Of a stretch of DNA of 64,000 nt, positions 29,986 to 39,543 are shown one piece after another. Each line of letters opens with the position of its first letter. Position 1 is the stretch's first letter. The DNA is from Nitrososphaerota archaeon (GTDB taxonomy: Archaea; Thermoproteota; Nitrososphaeria_A; Caldarchaeales; Calditenuaceae). A program made the translations under genes and the position numbers. Below the pieces are notes generated by a model, which made no database searches, was not told the DNA's origin, and saw only the letters and a list, made by a program, of their open reading frames with translations. Location of the stretch: NCBI GenBank assembly GCA_041641295.1, contig JBEPYO010000001.1, positions 1,024,001 through 1,088,000 of the forward strand. Direction: 5' to 3'.

Positions 29986-30819
29986 TTGGATGAGAGCCGC
30001 GGAATAGATAAGCTACATCTAAGGAATGCTTACGTGCGGGTCTTAAGGGAGCGGGAAGGCGGTAATATACGCCTGCTCAACTCCGTGCCCATTCCTCCCG
30101 CAGATCAGGTGGTTGTCTTCGACACAGAGTACTTGACCGACTCTGGAAGAGCGGAGGGTGTTCTTTACGGATTCTTGGACCTAGAGACCGGCGAGCTCAG
30201 GCAGTTCTGGTTCGACGAGAGGAGTGAGGCTCAGAAATACCTAGACACCAAATGTGATAAGGTCTTCGTCTTTTGGGGTGGCGCGGACAGAAAAATACTG
30301 CACGAGGAGCTTAAAATCCAAGCGCAAACGCTCAATTTGTTGGCACGCGTTCAAACGAGCCTCATCGCTCCAATATCCTCAACAGAGCTCCGCGAGGTTC
30401 ACGACATACTATACGGCTCTTTAAAGGAAGAGAAGTTCTGGAAACACTCGTTCTATGAGATGGATGGAATACTGAAAGGGGCACTATGCAGAAGGATTCT
30501 AAAAAATCCGGGCGATGTGGAGGCCCGCAGAAAGCTTGCTGATGTAAATAAGGCCGACATACTTGCATTACAGCATGTAATGGAGAAGATTGTGCAGTTG
30601 CAGATTGGTGCCCAGCTCTCCCCCCACTCTCCGGCTAGAGCGGGGGAGCAGGCTCCGCAAATACCTGAACATCCCATAGTGACTAAAGATAGGTTCAGTG
30701 AGATAATTCATTCACTAATGGATAAGAGGAGAAGACTGCATAAAAAGGGAGGACCCAAATCACAGAGTCGCAAAAGAAAGCGTATGCGGCGCCGCCTCAG
30801 GGTTAATTGGCGAGGCTAA
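29986..30819 (+). CDS. DEDD/RNase H-like (RNase_H_2) exonuclease domain with basic tail; likely the C-terminal part of the previous frame
   Basis: VVFDTEY (ExoI), GGADRKIL (ExoII), VNKADILAL (ExoIII). Same frame as 28303, six sense codons after the TAG. Confidence 0.7.
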   Translation: MDESRGIDKLHLRNAYVRVLREREGGNIRLLNSVPIPPADQVVVFDTEYLTDSGRAEGVLYGFLDLETGELRQFWFDERSEAQKYLDTKCDKVFVFWGGADRKILHEELKIQAQTLNLLARVQTSLIAPISSTELREVHDILYGSLKEEKFWKHSFYEMDGILKGALCRRILKNPGDVEARRKLADVNKADILALQHVMEKIVQLQIGAQLSPHSPARAGEQAPQIPEHPIVTKDRFSEIIHSLMDKRRRLHKKGGPKSQSRKRKRMRRRLRVNWRG

Positions 30820-30913
30820 GAGTTCTTGAGGTTGACGAACCTATTTTACATTGAAAGGACTAGAATCGCAGCCTATCAAGAAAGTGGTATTGGGAAAGAA
30901 GAGATGAAGGGTC

Positions 30914-31363
30914 TCACCCTCTGGAGTGGTCACTACTTTTAGCCCTCTTTTTCCCGCTAATCTTCTCTACTTCTTTAGCCTTCTTGTAGAGACGGCCACC
31001 CGGAAGCCAGTCTTCAAATGTTTGGCGCTCATATTTCCATATGCGCCTAGTAACGCCAAGGCTTTGGAGAATCTTCCAGACGTCTTCCCTCACTCTATCG
31101 TCACAATATACGCACATTACGAGAGCCCCTTTGGCAAAGGGAGCAGGCTCCTTATTGTATTTCACCGAGTGGATCCTACCCTCTTCAACATAGCGATCTA
31201 GTTTTCTGGCGAGCTCCTCTAAGTACGCTCTATTTCGGCTGAAAATCAGCCATTTACCGAAATGTTGAAGATACTCCTTGATGTCTATCCCCTCAGCTTT
31301 TGGGCGCTGAGGTTTTGATGGACGAATCCAAACCCAATAATTGTCAGGATCATCTATTATCAT
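30914..31363 (-). CDS. eIF4E-like fold / DUF1917-type protein
   Basis: GKWLIF...K...VMCVYCDD...VWKILQSLG...WKYERQT pattern. Confidence 0.6.
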   Translation of the reverse strand: MIIDDPDNYWVWIRPSKPQRPKAEGIDIKEYLQHFGKWLIFSRNRAYLEELARKLDRYVEEGRIHSVKYNKEPAPFAKGALVMCVYCDDRVREDVWKILQSLGVTRRIWKYERQTFEDWLPGGRLYKKAKEVEKISGKKRAKSSDHSRG

Positions 31364-31405
31364 CTATCAGCACACTTTCTGGCTTCTTCTCTATATATCA
31401 CTTAA

Positions 31406-32023
31406 TCAGCCCCTCCTAAGCCTGAATACACCCACACTATTGTAATATATCAGCAACCATAAAGATTTTAATAAATCGCTTAGATTATGTCCGATAATCT
31501 TACCCAAGTATTCTTCCTTTCCCTCCCTGAGGTACTTTTTCCATAACCACGGAACTTTCTTTGACGGAATACGTTCTAAGCCAAGATACTTCTTTGAGAC
31601 TATTATAAGCTCATCAAGTTTGGGCCATTTTTCGCTCCTCTTTTCAGCTAATCCCTTCACCGGCCGGAAAAGGTCTTCCCCTCTCAATTCTATATGTAGC
31701 TTTTTGCTCAGGAATTTCTTCTCGAACTGCATGTTATACGCGTAGAACGGCCTATTCAATCCGCGGATGACTGAGCTGATGTGTGAGTAGAAGTGCTGTG
31801 GGCTCTCGGAAGTCCTTTGAATAATTATCAACCTATCCCCACTCACATAGCCGAGTGTTATTATCTCGTCCATGCTCACATCGCGTCCTGTTGTTTCTAT
31901 GTCTATCAGGGTCCCCCTTAACATTTTTACTGGTAGCTTGAACGATAGAGTTTTAAATGGTCTTCTACTGCCCATGACTAGCGCCTCTTTACCTAAGTTG
32001 ATAGTTATAATATTTTCACGCAC
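31406..32023 (-). CDS. YprB-like RNase_H_2 (DEDD) exonuclease
   Basis: IDIETTG, YAYNMQFEKKFL, VPWLW and HNLSDL motifs. Confidence 0.85.
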   Translation of the reverse strand: MRENIITINLGKEALVMGSRRPFKTLSFKLPVKMLRGTLIDIETTGRDVSMDEIITLGYVSGDRLIIIQRTSESPQHFYSHISSVIRGLNRPFYAYNMQFEKKFLSKKLHIELRGEDLFRPVKGLAEKRSEKWPKLDELIIVSKKYLGLERIPSKKVPWLWKKYLREGKEEYLGKIIGHNLSDLLKSLWLLIYYNSVGVFRLRRG

Positions 32024-32187
32024 CCTACCGTTATTAAATACACGCGAAAGGAGGAATAGGCATTAGAATAATTGAGGCTAAGCGCTGTTTTGACCAACTT
32101 TTTAAGATCCGACTACTTTCTCTCCATTATCCCCTATCGTCCCGAGAGGTGGTTATGCGGTGGGATTTAGAAGAGTGTTTTATGGCC

Positions 32188-32853
32188 TCAGTTTTTAACT
32201 GCCTCCCTCGTTATTGGGTCCTCTATCCAATAGTATCCTTCCTTCCCCTCCACTATTCATTGCCGATGTTAGATTTTTTAGGATATCGTTTAGAACCTTG
32301 CTGTTTATGTTGAGCTCCCTTTTAATATCACTCCACCTCGCACCTGTTCTAACGATTCTTAACACCTTTACGTAGAGTTCTCTCCTCCTATTTTTGAGGA
32401 AGTGGTCTAGCTCAGTTTGAATGATCTTTGAGCCCTCCCTCACGGTCTCCCTTAAGGCCTCATCATGCGGGAGCCTCCTCTCGCACCTGAAGTTCCCATA
32501 ATATGTCAGCCACCCATTATCCTATCCTTCACGCGCTGGAAAGCCTCGTCCAAGACCCTGCCCCATCTTATCTGCAGGAACTTCAGGTTGAGTGTCAGCT
32601 CATCCAGTTTCAGCCCCAACCCAGCGAGAAGCCTTTTTGAAGCATCTTCAAAACTCCTCGCTCCGAGAAGATTAACATATATCCCCCTGTTCTCTTTCGC
32701 GAACGTCTTTATCAGGCTCGTCTTCCCAGTCATCCTCTTGCCCAGCACCGCGACCCAAAGCCCTGAGCCCGTTAAGCGCGAAAGCTCCCGATACTCCGCA
32801 ACCCTGTCATACAGGTCTTTGAGCGATTCTTTAGGCCTTAGATCAAAGAGCAA
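32188..32853 (-). pseudogene. Disrupted archaeal ATPase (P-loop plus C-terminal wHTH)
   Basis: N-fragment LFDLRPKES..DLYDR...GKRMTGKTS (Walker A). Walker B and the middle are missing. The C-fragment ARWSDIKRELN...LKNL shifts frame into IVEGKEGYYWIEDPITREAV. Confidence 0.8.
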
Positions 32854-32854
32854 A

Positions 32855-32884
32855 GTTACCTACGTAACCGGTTACCTACGTAAC
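32855..32884. promoter_or_regulatory. Two identical palindromic operator-like boxes GTTACCTACGTAAC
   Basis: Exact 14-bp copies at 32855-32868 and 32871-32884, each GTTAC-N4-GTAAC, directly upstream of the ATPase start. Confidence 0.7.
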
Positions 32885-33359
32885 TATTAATCCTTTCCAA
32901 CGTTTTAATCCCTTAACTTTTAGGCTAAATAAGGTGGGGGTTGCGGCTTTAAAAACCGAACGTACGTGCAGCCATATGTCCCAGTGCGCGGCCCCTATGC
33001 GGATACGCCACAATCACTACCAGCAGAGCAGGTACATGACCCCAGTCAGCATACCGAAGGAGAAGGTCAGCCCACGATCGCTAGTACTTGGCAACTCACT
33101 CCACTGCCTTCCGCGAAACAAGAGGTGAGACGAGGAGCCAAAACGAATCCGGAAAAGCTGGCCAGAATGGATCTGATACTGAGTCAAATACTCCCGCTCA
33201 AGATTTTTCCGAGACTCATTTCTCAGACCTATGCGCATAATGTTTCATAATACTCTTTAATCAACCTCTTCTGCTTTGATTAGACTTGCATCTTTACTCA
33301 CATCACGGTCGCGGTGGATTTCAGCATCAGCAATAATGCTTTCTATCACCTAGAGATTA

Positions 33360-34655
33360 TTAAGAAAAGACTCTAATTTGGAGAGGATGGGGACTACCTA
33401 TCACAACCTCTGCACCCGTCCTCTTGATCGCGTTGAGTACTTTCTCGAGTGATGTGTAGATTATGTAGGCCTCCTCCAAGCTCCTTGAGTCGCGCCAGGG
33501 CTTCGCTGGCGTTCGGATCAATAGCCTGTGACCTTTAACCCTCGCCTCCCACACCAACTCTAACAGGTCTGAAGTATCGTATAGTACGTGGCCTATGTAG
33601 ATGAGGTCTAGAGCTGGACCCGGCCTTCTAATCGCGAGCCTCAGCCGTTTGCCCAGTTGTTGTCTCCTCCTCGCGGCTAGGATCCTGGCAATCCCTCTCC
33701 TCCTCGTCCTCTCTAGGACTGCTACCAGCTCCCCCGACGGCTGGGGCTCTAGGAGTTCGTATATGCCCCCCATCTCCGCCTCCACCCTCTCCAACACATG
33801 TGCGAGCGCGGTTTCCAGTGTTTCCCTGGGCCCCAGCCCATCCAGATAAAGCTCCGAGCCTTCACCAGACTTGATCATCAAGCTAATCGGGGCTCCGGTT
33901 GAGGCTGCTCCGACAACGCTTGAGAGGAAGATCGCGGCTAGCTCATCCGCAGTAATGGGTCCCGGAGCCCTCTCATCATAGACTATGAGGAATGAGGACG
34001 ATATTTCTTCTAGATACTCTTTCACCATGAGCTTTGAGTGGCGGGCGGTCGCCTTCCACTCCACCAGCCTTAACGAGTCTCCAGGGATATACTCTCTTAT
34101 ACCATAGTACTCGTCTCCCCAGCCTGTCCTCCTCCCGGGGGCTATACCTTGCCAAGCCAAGCCTGTCCCCAGCATCCTCGCTATTTCCAGAATCCAAGGA
34201 AACACTCTCGGATAGGCCTTAACCTCTATCCTCACGGGGAGGCTCGCGCTGGCTTTCATCAGGCGCAGCCTTCCCTCGACCTTGGCCCTCAGACTCTCCA
34301 GCACGTATACCCCGCTGAGCTGAGGTTTGACTTCGACCACTATGAGGCTTTTTGAGGGGAGATATGAGGCGGAATACCAATCCCCACCCTCCAGCTCCAT
34401 CTCGACTGGGCCCAGGGCCTCTATCTCAATGGTCCTTGATTCTCCTGTCTGGACCCTTAGACTGATCGCGGAGGGGTTCAGGTATGTCTCTAAGAGCCTC
34501 CTAGACCTTAACAGGGCTGAGACCGTGTCTAGGGCCATGGCTGTAAGGAGGGCGGCGGTAACGGCTGCTAGCGTGGGATCCCAGAACAGGACTGAGAGCA
34601 TGGCCGTGGCCGCCGCGGCCGCTACCAGCCTTGCCCCGCGCTGGGTGGGCCTCAA
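33360..34655 (-). CDS. DUF58 domain protein (MoxR-associated)
   Basis: N-terminal TMs; EYYGIREYIPGDSLRLVEWKATAR..LMVKEY. Confidence 0.92.
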   Translation of the reverse strand: MRPTQRGARLVAAAAATAMLSVLFWDPTLAAVTAALLTAMALDTVSALLRSRRLLETYLNPSAISLRVQTGESRTIEIEALGPVEMELEGGDWYSASYLPSKSLIVVEVKPQLSGVYVLESLRAKVEGRLRLMKASASLPVRIEVKAYPRVFPWILEIARMLGTGLAWQGIAPGRRTGWGDEYYGIREYIPGDSLRLVEWKATARHSKLMVKEYLEEISSSFLIVYDERAPGPITADELAAIFLSSVVGAASTGAPISLMIKSGEGSELYLDGLGPRETLETALAHVLERVEAEMGGIYELLEPQPSGELVAVLERTRRRGIARILAARRRQQLGKRLRLAIRRPGPALDLIYIGHVLYDTSDLLELVWEARVKGHRLLIRTPAKPWRDSRSLEEAYIIYTSLEKVLNAIKRTGAEVVIGSPHPLQIRVFS

Positions 34656-35584
34656 GCCTTCGGCACCTCTACCGTCTCTAAGGCCCGCTTTATCAGCGTC
34701 TCAGGAAGGACCCCGTCGGCCTCGTACTCAGGCTTGATTCTGATTCTGTGCTCTAGGACCGGCCTAGCCAGTGCCTTGATGTCGTCAGGAATCACGTAGC
34801 TTCTCCCCTCTATGTAAGCCAAGGCCCTCCCACCTTTGTAGAGCCAGATACTGGCCCTCGGGCTAGGCCCTAGCCTGACCTCCTTCATAGACCTGATAGT
34901 GTTGACGAGGTCTAGGATGTATCGCTTGACGGCGTCCGAGACGCGTACCTTCTTCACACTCTCCACTAGGGCCGTAACCTCTTCCGGGGTCAACACCTGC
35001 CGTATCTCAGGTCTCTCGAGCTCATCTATCCTCGTAATTATCTCCAGCTCCTCAGCAACGGTCGGGTACTCCACTCTCACCTTGTAAGCGAACCTGTCAA
35101 CGAAGACATCCGTCAGGGGATAGGTTCCCTCACCGCCGTAAGGTGTCTGCGTCGCAAGTACTATGAAGGGCTTCGGTAGAGGTATAGTCATCCCCTCAAT
35201 CGTGACTTGATGTTCCTGCATCGCCTCCAAGAGCGCCGACTGCGTCTTCGGCGTAGCCCTGTTAAGCTCGTCAGCCAAGACCACGTTGGCGAATATCGGG
35301 CCATACTTGATGCCCCAGCTACCCTCACTCAGCCTGTAATAGGTCGTCCCTATCAGGTCTGCGGGGAGGAGATCCGGGGTCATCTGAATCCTCTTAAAGT
35401 CTCCACCTATCGTCTGAGCTAAGCTCTTAGCTATCATGGTCTTTCCCACGCCCGGAGGCCCCTCGAGAAGCACGTGCCCCTCACTCAGCAAGGCCACCCA
35501 CAGCATCTTGAGGATATCTCTCTTCCCCACGATGATTCTTGAGACCTCCTCCAAGACCCTGAAGGGTCTAGGCCTAAATCCCAT
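34652..35584 (-). CDS. MoxR family AAA+ ATPase
   Basis: GPPGVGKT, RIQMTPDLLPAD, LADELNRATPKTQSALLEAM and SPRA motifs. Confidence 0.97.
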   Translation of the reverse strand: MGFRPRPFRVLEEVSRIIVGKRDILKMLWVALLSEGHVLLEGPPGVGKTMIAKSLAQTIGGDFKRIQMTPDLLPADLIGTTYYRLSEGSWGIKYGPIFANVVLADELNRATPKTQSALLEAMQEHQVTIEGMTIPLPKPFIVLATQTPYGGEGTYPLTDVFVDRFAYKVRVEYPTVAEELEIITRIDELERPEIRQVLTPEEVTALVESVKKVRVSDAVKRYILDLVNTIRSMKEVRLGPSPRASIWLYKGGRALAYIEGRSYVIPDDIKALARPVLEHRIRIKPEYEADGVLPETLIKRALETVEVPKA

Positions 35585-36542
35585 GCCGCAGGTCCTCCTC
35601 CAGCATCTCCAGTATCTTTCTATCCCAGTCTGGGTGCCTCTTTAAAATATCCTCCACTCCACTCCTCTTAACCCTCACCTGCTTATACCTAATCCTCAAA
35701 ACCACCGCAGTTGTCACAAGGACCATGGAGTACTTGACCTCGGGTATTGAGGCGAGGTGGAAGACGGCTGCGAGGGCCTCCTTAGCCCTAGACAACGTGC
35801 CTACTCGCCAATGAGATATGTCGAGCAGTGGCCGACGCCCATCTAGTATCCGCGCCGCGAGCTCGGCATTCCCCTCAGACTCAAACATACTGTTTATCAT
35901 GAAGCTGGAGTCCGAGACAACTATGACTCTCCCCCCACCGAAGTTTGTTTCGGCGGCCACTGAGAAGGGTCCTCTGGGCTCGCCTTCATCCCATTCCATA
36001 TTGCCATTCAGGTCTAGAAAGCTGAAGGAACTTGAGCTGGCCAGCGTCTTGAAGCCGTGCCCAGTTACTATTGTGGCGTAATTGAATGTGGGGCCCACTG
36101 CCTCCAGCCCCGCGATGCGAATTATCTTCGGCAGTTGCCTGGACTTCAGCTTGAAGTGGGGGTCTAGCAGAAGTGAGCCATCAAGCCTGATGTCTAGGCC
36201 GAGCATCTCAAGAAGTTCATTACCCGTCCCGAAGTCGTCTGCCAAGATGAGGAGACCTCCCTCCACGAGGAATCTCCTTATCGCCTCAGCCTCTTCGTAC
36301 GTGAAGGGGATCGAGGGCCCAAGGATTAAGAGGACATGCTCGCGGGCCTTCCCCGAACCCGTATAGACCCCCAGCCTCCTCAGATCCTCTAAGGGGCTTA
36401 GCCCAAGGGCTTCACTCGCCCGCGAGAGGCCGTTCCAGAACGGGTTCGCAGGGTTGAAATCGTCTATAGGAGGCATATAGTGGATCGTCAATACCAAGAC
36501 GACTATTGCTGAGGTGAGACCCAGTGCTACTGGTCTCTTCAC
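35574..36542 (-). CDS. DUF4350 domain protein
   Basis: DFNPANPFWNGLS, GGLLILADDFGTGNELL, GRVIVVSDSSFMINSM and DISH motifs. Confidence 0.85.
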   Translation of the reverse strand: MKRPVALGLTSAIVVLVLTIHYMPPIDDFNPANPFWNGLSRASEALGLSPLEDLRRLGVYTGSGKAREHVLLILGPSIPFTYEEAEAIRRFLVEGGLLILADDFGTGNELLEMLGLDIRLDGSLLLDPHFKLKSRQLPKIIRIAGLEAVGPTFNYATIVTGHGFKTLASSSSFSFLDLNGNMEWDEGEPRGPFSVAAETNFGGGRVIVVSDSSFMINSMFESEGNAELAARILDGRRPLLDISHWRVGTLSRAKEALAAVFHLASIPEVKYSMVLVTTAVVLRIRYKQVRVKRSGVEDILKRHPDWDRKILEMLEEDLRHGI

Positions 36543-38377
36543 AGCTCTACAACCCCCAGAGTGCTCCGAAGTTTTTCTAGGAGGGTGAGAGCCTCTGAGA
36601 CGTCCTGCATCACACCTCCGTAAACCTCCTCCTCAAGCATAAAGCTCAGCCTCTCGAAGGATTCTACACTCCTTCCAAGCTTGGGCCTCACCCTATCAAG
36701 ATATCCCCTCACGGTGTCGCTAGCCCTAAGTTCCTCGCCAGTCACCACAGCCACGATCTCAGCAGCCTTAAGGTATATCAATGATAATTGGCTGATCTCC
36801 CCGGCCGCGGGTTCTGGTGCTTCAGGCAGAGCATCCTCAGACACCACTGCATGAGGCTTAGTCCTCCGCAGAGAGAAGAGATTATTCGTTAGAAACGCGG
36901 CTAGGCCCAGCGGGATTATCAGGAGGTAGGGATTGAGGATGAGTGAGGCCACGTTAATGCCAGTAGTCTTGTAGTATGGCTCTGAGGGATTCACTAGGAT
37001 CGTTACTTGGTGCCAGCCCGAGGAGTGGGTTAGCGGGACCAATAGCTGGGCCTCGAAGCGTCCCTCACCATCCGTCTCCACTACGCTGACAGCTCCGAAA
37101 CCCTCAACCCTAACCACAGCACCCTCAACACCATCCATGGGTCCTCGTAGGAGACCCCTCACCACAGAGGGGAGGCCTGCCAAGGACAGAGGAGGCACCT
37201 CTACCTCCAGTTCTAGGGGGATTCTATAGACCTCGACTCTCACAGCCGCCGTGGCTGGTGCGTAAACGTGTCTAGCCGATGTGCGTATCTTCAGGGTTTG
37301 GGGGCCCTCGGCAGCGTCTGGAGGGACAGTAAATGTGAATCTGAAGCCGCCTCTCTCATCGACGATGCCTCTCAAGGTTCTATTAAGCCCCTCTAACCAG
37401 ACCTCCAGCCCCGGAACATCCACTAGGCCAGTGACTGTTAGGCTCTCGGTGGGCAGGACCCTCTCCCTATCCAGCCACACCTCTAGGCGCGGGGCTAGGT
37501 ACAGGAGATTCACCTCCACCTCATTTGACTTGGAGGCGGCCAAGGCTCCGACGTCTGCGCCAGAGGGCTTAAACAATGCTTGAACAGAAATCTTGGGCTT
37601 GTAGATGTATGGGATTCTCAAGGTGGTCCTGAAAACTCCTCCCCGGCCCGTCACAGCCTCGGCTGCAGGGGCCCCATCTATCGTTATTGTGACCAGCCGG
37701 CCCTCCAGCGGTGTACCATCTTCTAAGGATAGTGCTCCAATGACGGCGACATCGGAGCCAACCCAGGCCTCGGCCTCCTCAACAGATATCGTTAGGCTGG
37801 TATGGGCTGGCTGGATTCCTTTGAGCATCTCGGCCAGCTCATCTATATCCAACCCGTAGGCCTCTATAAGGAGGGCTAGTGTTCTTAGCTGGCCTCCGAG
37901 GGGCATTGGTATTGCTCTAGTCAGTTCTCGGGAGGCCGCCTCGAGCTCTGTGTGTATGATTCTTGCCTTGGCTAGGGCGGTAGATGCTTCTTGGAGGTGT
38001 TTTGAGGCATTCCTCGTGAACCCCTGCTCTATGAAGATTCTAGCCAGCTCTATCTGGACGTCCGTCTGATTCAGGAGGCTTACCTCGTCGCTGAGGAGCT
38101 CGTGGAACCTGTTTATGATGAATCTGAGGGGCTCGGGGGCGTAGACTCTGTAGGCCTCCTTCAGCCTCGAGACGGCCTCCGTGTAGTTTCCTTTACTCGC
38201 CGCGTCTACAACTCCTCCGTAGATCGTGACGAGGAGTAGGTCCGGGGGGGCCTCCTCAGTTATCTCCGCCGGGTTTACATGCCTCGGATACGTGGTCTGG
38301 GCTATCGAGTAGCCCATAATAGCCATAGCCGACAGGCCTATCACTATCGATAGGAGGACCAGTCTTAACCCGCTCAT
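36539..38377 (-). CDS. Secreted helical plus Ig-like repeat protein with C-terminal TM and DUF4129-like tail
   Basis: Signal peptide, helical N-region, three beta-sandwich repeats (GxF motifs), TM, and SDTVRGYL...EEEVYG. Confidence 0.75.
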   Translation of the reverse strand: MSGLRLVLLSIVIGLSAMAIMGYSIAQTTYPRHVNPAEITEEAPPDLLLVTIYGGVVDAASKGNYTEAVSRLKEAYRVYAPEPLRFIINRFHELLSDEVSLLNQTDVQIELARIFIEQGFTRNASKHLQEASTALAKARIIHTELEAASRELTRAIPMPLGGQLRTLALLIEAYGLDIDELAEMLKGIQPAHTSLTISVEEAEAWVGSDVAVIGALSLEDGTPLEGRLVTITIDGAPAAEAVTGRGGVFRTTLRIPYIYKPKISVQALFKPSGADVGALAASKSNEVEVNLLYLAPRLEVWLDRERVLPTESLTVTGLVDVPGLEVWLEGLNRTLRGIVDERGGFRFTFTVPPDAAEGPQTLKIRTSARHVYAPATAAVRVEVYRIPLELEVEVPPLSLAGLPSVVRGLLRGPMDGVEGAVVRVEGFGAVSVVETDGEGRFEAQLLVPLTHSSGWHQVTILVNPSEPYYKTTGINVASLILNPYLLIIPLGLAAFLTNNLFSLRRTKPHAVVSEDALPEAPEPAAGEISQLSLIYLKAAEIVAVVTGEELRASDTVRGYLDRVRPKLGRSVESFERLSFMLEEEVYGGVMQDVSEALTLLEKLRSTLGVVEL

Positions 38378-38622
38378 CCCGCCAGAACCTCCGCCACCCT
38401 AAGCGCCACTATCATGGCGAAGACTGCGAGTAGTGCTATGGCTATGACGTCTAAGAACCTGCGCCTCGGCCTAAAGATGGCCAGCGCCGCGAAGTACTCA
38501 ACGGTGAACATGCTTACGTAGACGTCGAGTCTTGACTCTCCCAGGGCTGATAGAGCCGTGACCGTTATGACAATCATCACGCCCAGTACAATATTAAAGG
38601 CCATGTTCTTGTCCAAGCTCAT
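38374..38622 (-). CDS. Small 3-TM conserved protein
   Basis: ESRLDVYVSMFTVEYF; overlaps both neighbours (translational coupling). Confidence 0.75.
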   Translation of the reverse strand: MSLDKNMAFNIVLGVMIVITVTALSALGESRLDVYVSMFTVEYFAALAIFRPRRRFLDVIAIALLAVFAMIVALRVAEVLAG

Positions 38623-39314
38623 TCAAGGACCTCCAAAACGATCGTCCTCACCCTTACCTCATCCCTCTCAAGAGCCACCCTCACAGGCCTCTTGAGAATC
38701 GCTGCCGCGACACAGGCTGCGACAGAAGCCTCGAGGGAACCCATCACCCTGATGAATCTCCCAGCGCCGATCAACCCCCTCGCACCCCTCACCTCCAAGA
38801 CGATGCAATCCCCACGATGCACCGTTGTGACCGACTCGCAGAGCTCTGTCTGGTCGACTAGAACCTCTGAGAGGGCGGCCTCGAGCCCCTCGGGGAGTTC
38901 TCCGAGTCTTACCAGCTCGGAGCCCGGGGGTAGGACGATGAGGTAGGGCTCCCCCTGCCACTCGGCTATCAACCGCCCTGCCTGGAGGCCAGGCGGCATA
39001 GGCCCCTTATCCGACACCAGCGGGACGTGCGTGTAGACCCTCCCGTCATCGTGCTGGACATAATAGGCTTTGTGCTGGGCGTCAACCTCCTCTAGCAGGG
39101 CCTCCAGGCCCAGCGTCGAGCCTTCTAGGAGGGCCCTCACGGTCCTACGCGGCATCGGCTCAGTCGGCGTCAAGAGGATTGAGAGGCCTAGGATGAGGAG
39201 GCCTATCCCCAGCGCAGTCATGGGTGTACTGGATATCAATAGGTAAGAGTATAGGGCTAGGGCGGCTCCGAAGGACGCGAGTGAGGCCCCGAAGGCGTGG
39301 AACCCATCCAACAC
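38619..39314 (-). CDS. Membrane-anchored hypothetical protein
   Basis: Two N-terminal TMs, PPG motif and a C-terminal GSLEASVAA segment; operonic overlap. Confidence 0.7.
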   Translation of the reverse strand: MLDGFHAFGASLASFGAALALYSYLLISSTPMTALGIGLLILGLSILLTPTEPMPRRTVRALLEGSTLGLEALLEEVDAQHKAYYVQHDDGRVYTHVPLVSDKGPMPPGLQAGRLIAEWQGEPYLIVLPPGSELVRLGELPEGLEAALSEVLVDQTELCESVTTVHRGDCIVLEVRGARGLIGAGRFIRVMGSLEASVAACVAAAILKRPVRVALERDEVRVRTIVLEVLE

Positions 39315-39543
39315 TCAATCCTCCCCGGCTTTCAGATCCATATGGGCGTGGAGCCTCGATGCTCTGCAGCTGTGATGCGGGTGATGACCAGCAGCGGGTG
39401 TGAGGTGGTGAGTATGGTTATAAAGTAAGCCTAAATCATGCATCGACTCTCATTAACTGTTAAGCAATTTATATGCATTACCGCTTCAACACATAGTCCC
39501 CATGTTGCCTCAAATCTGTGGTAGAGCTGGCGCCACATCACTC

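Noticed and set aside
32934-33250. Short overlapping ORFs between the ATPase remnant and DUF58
   Set aside because: Conflicting frames and no family signal; probably decayed sequence.
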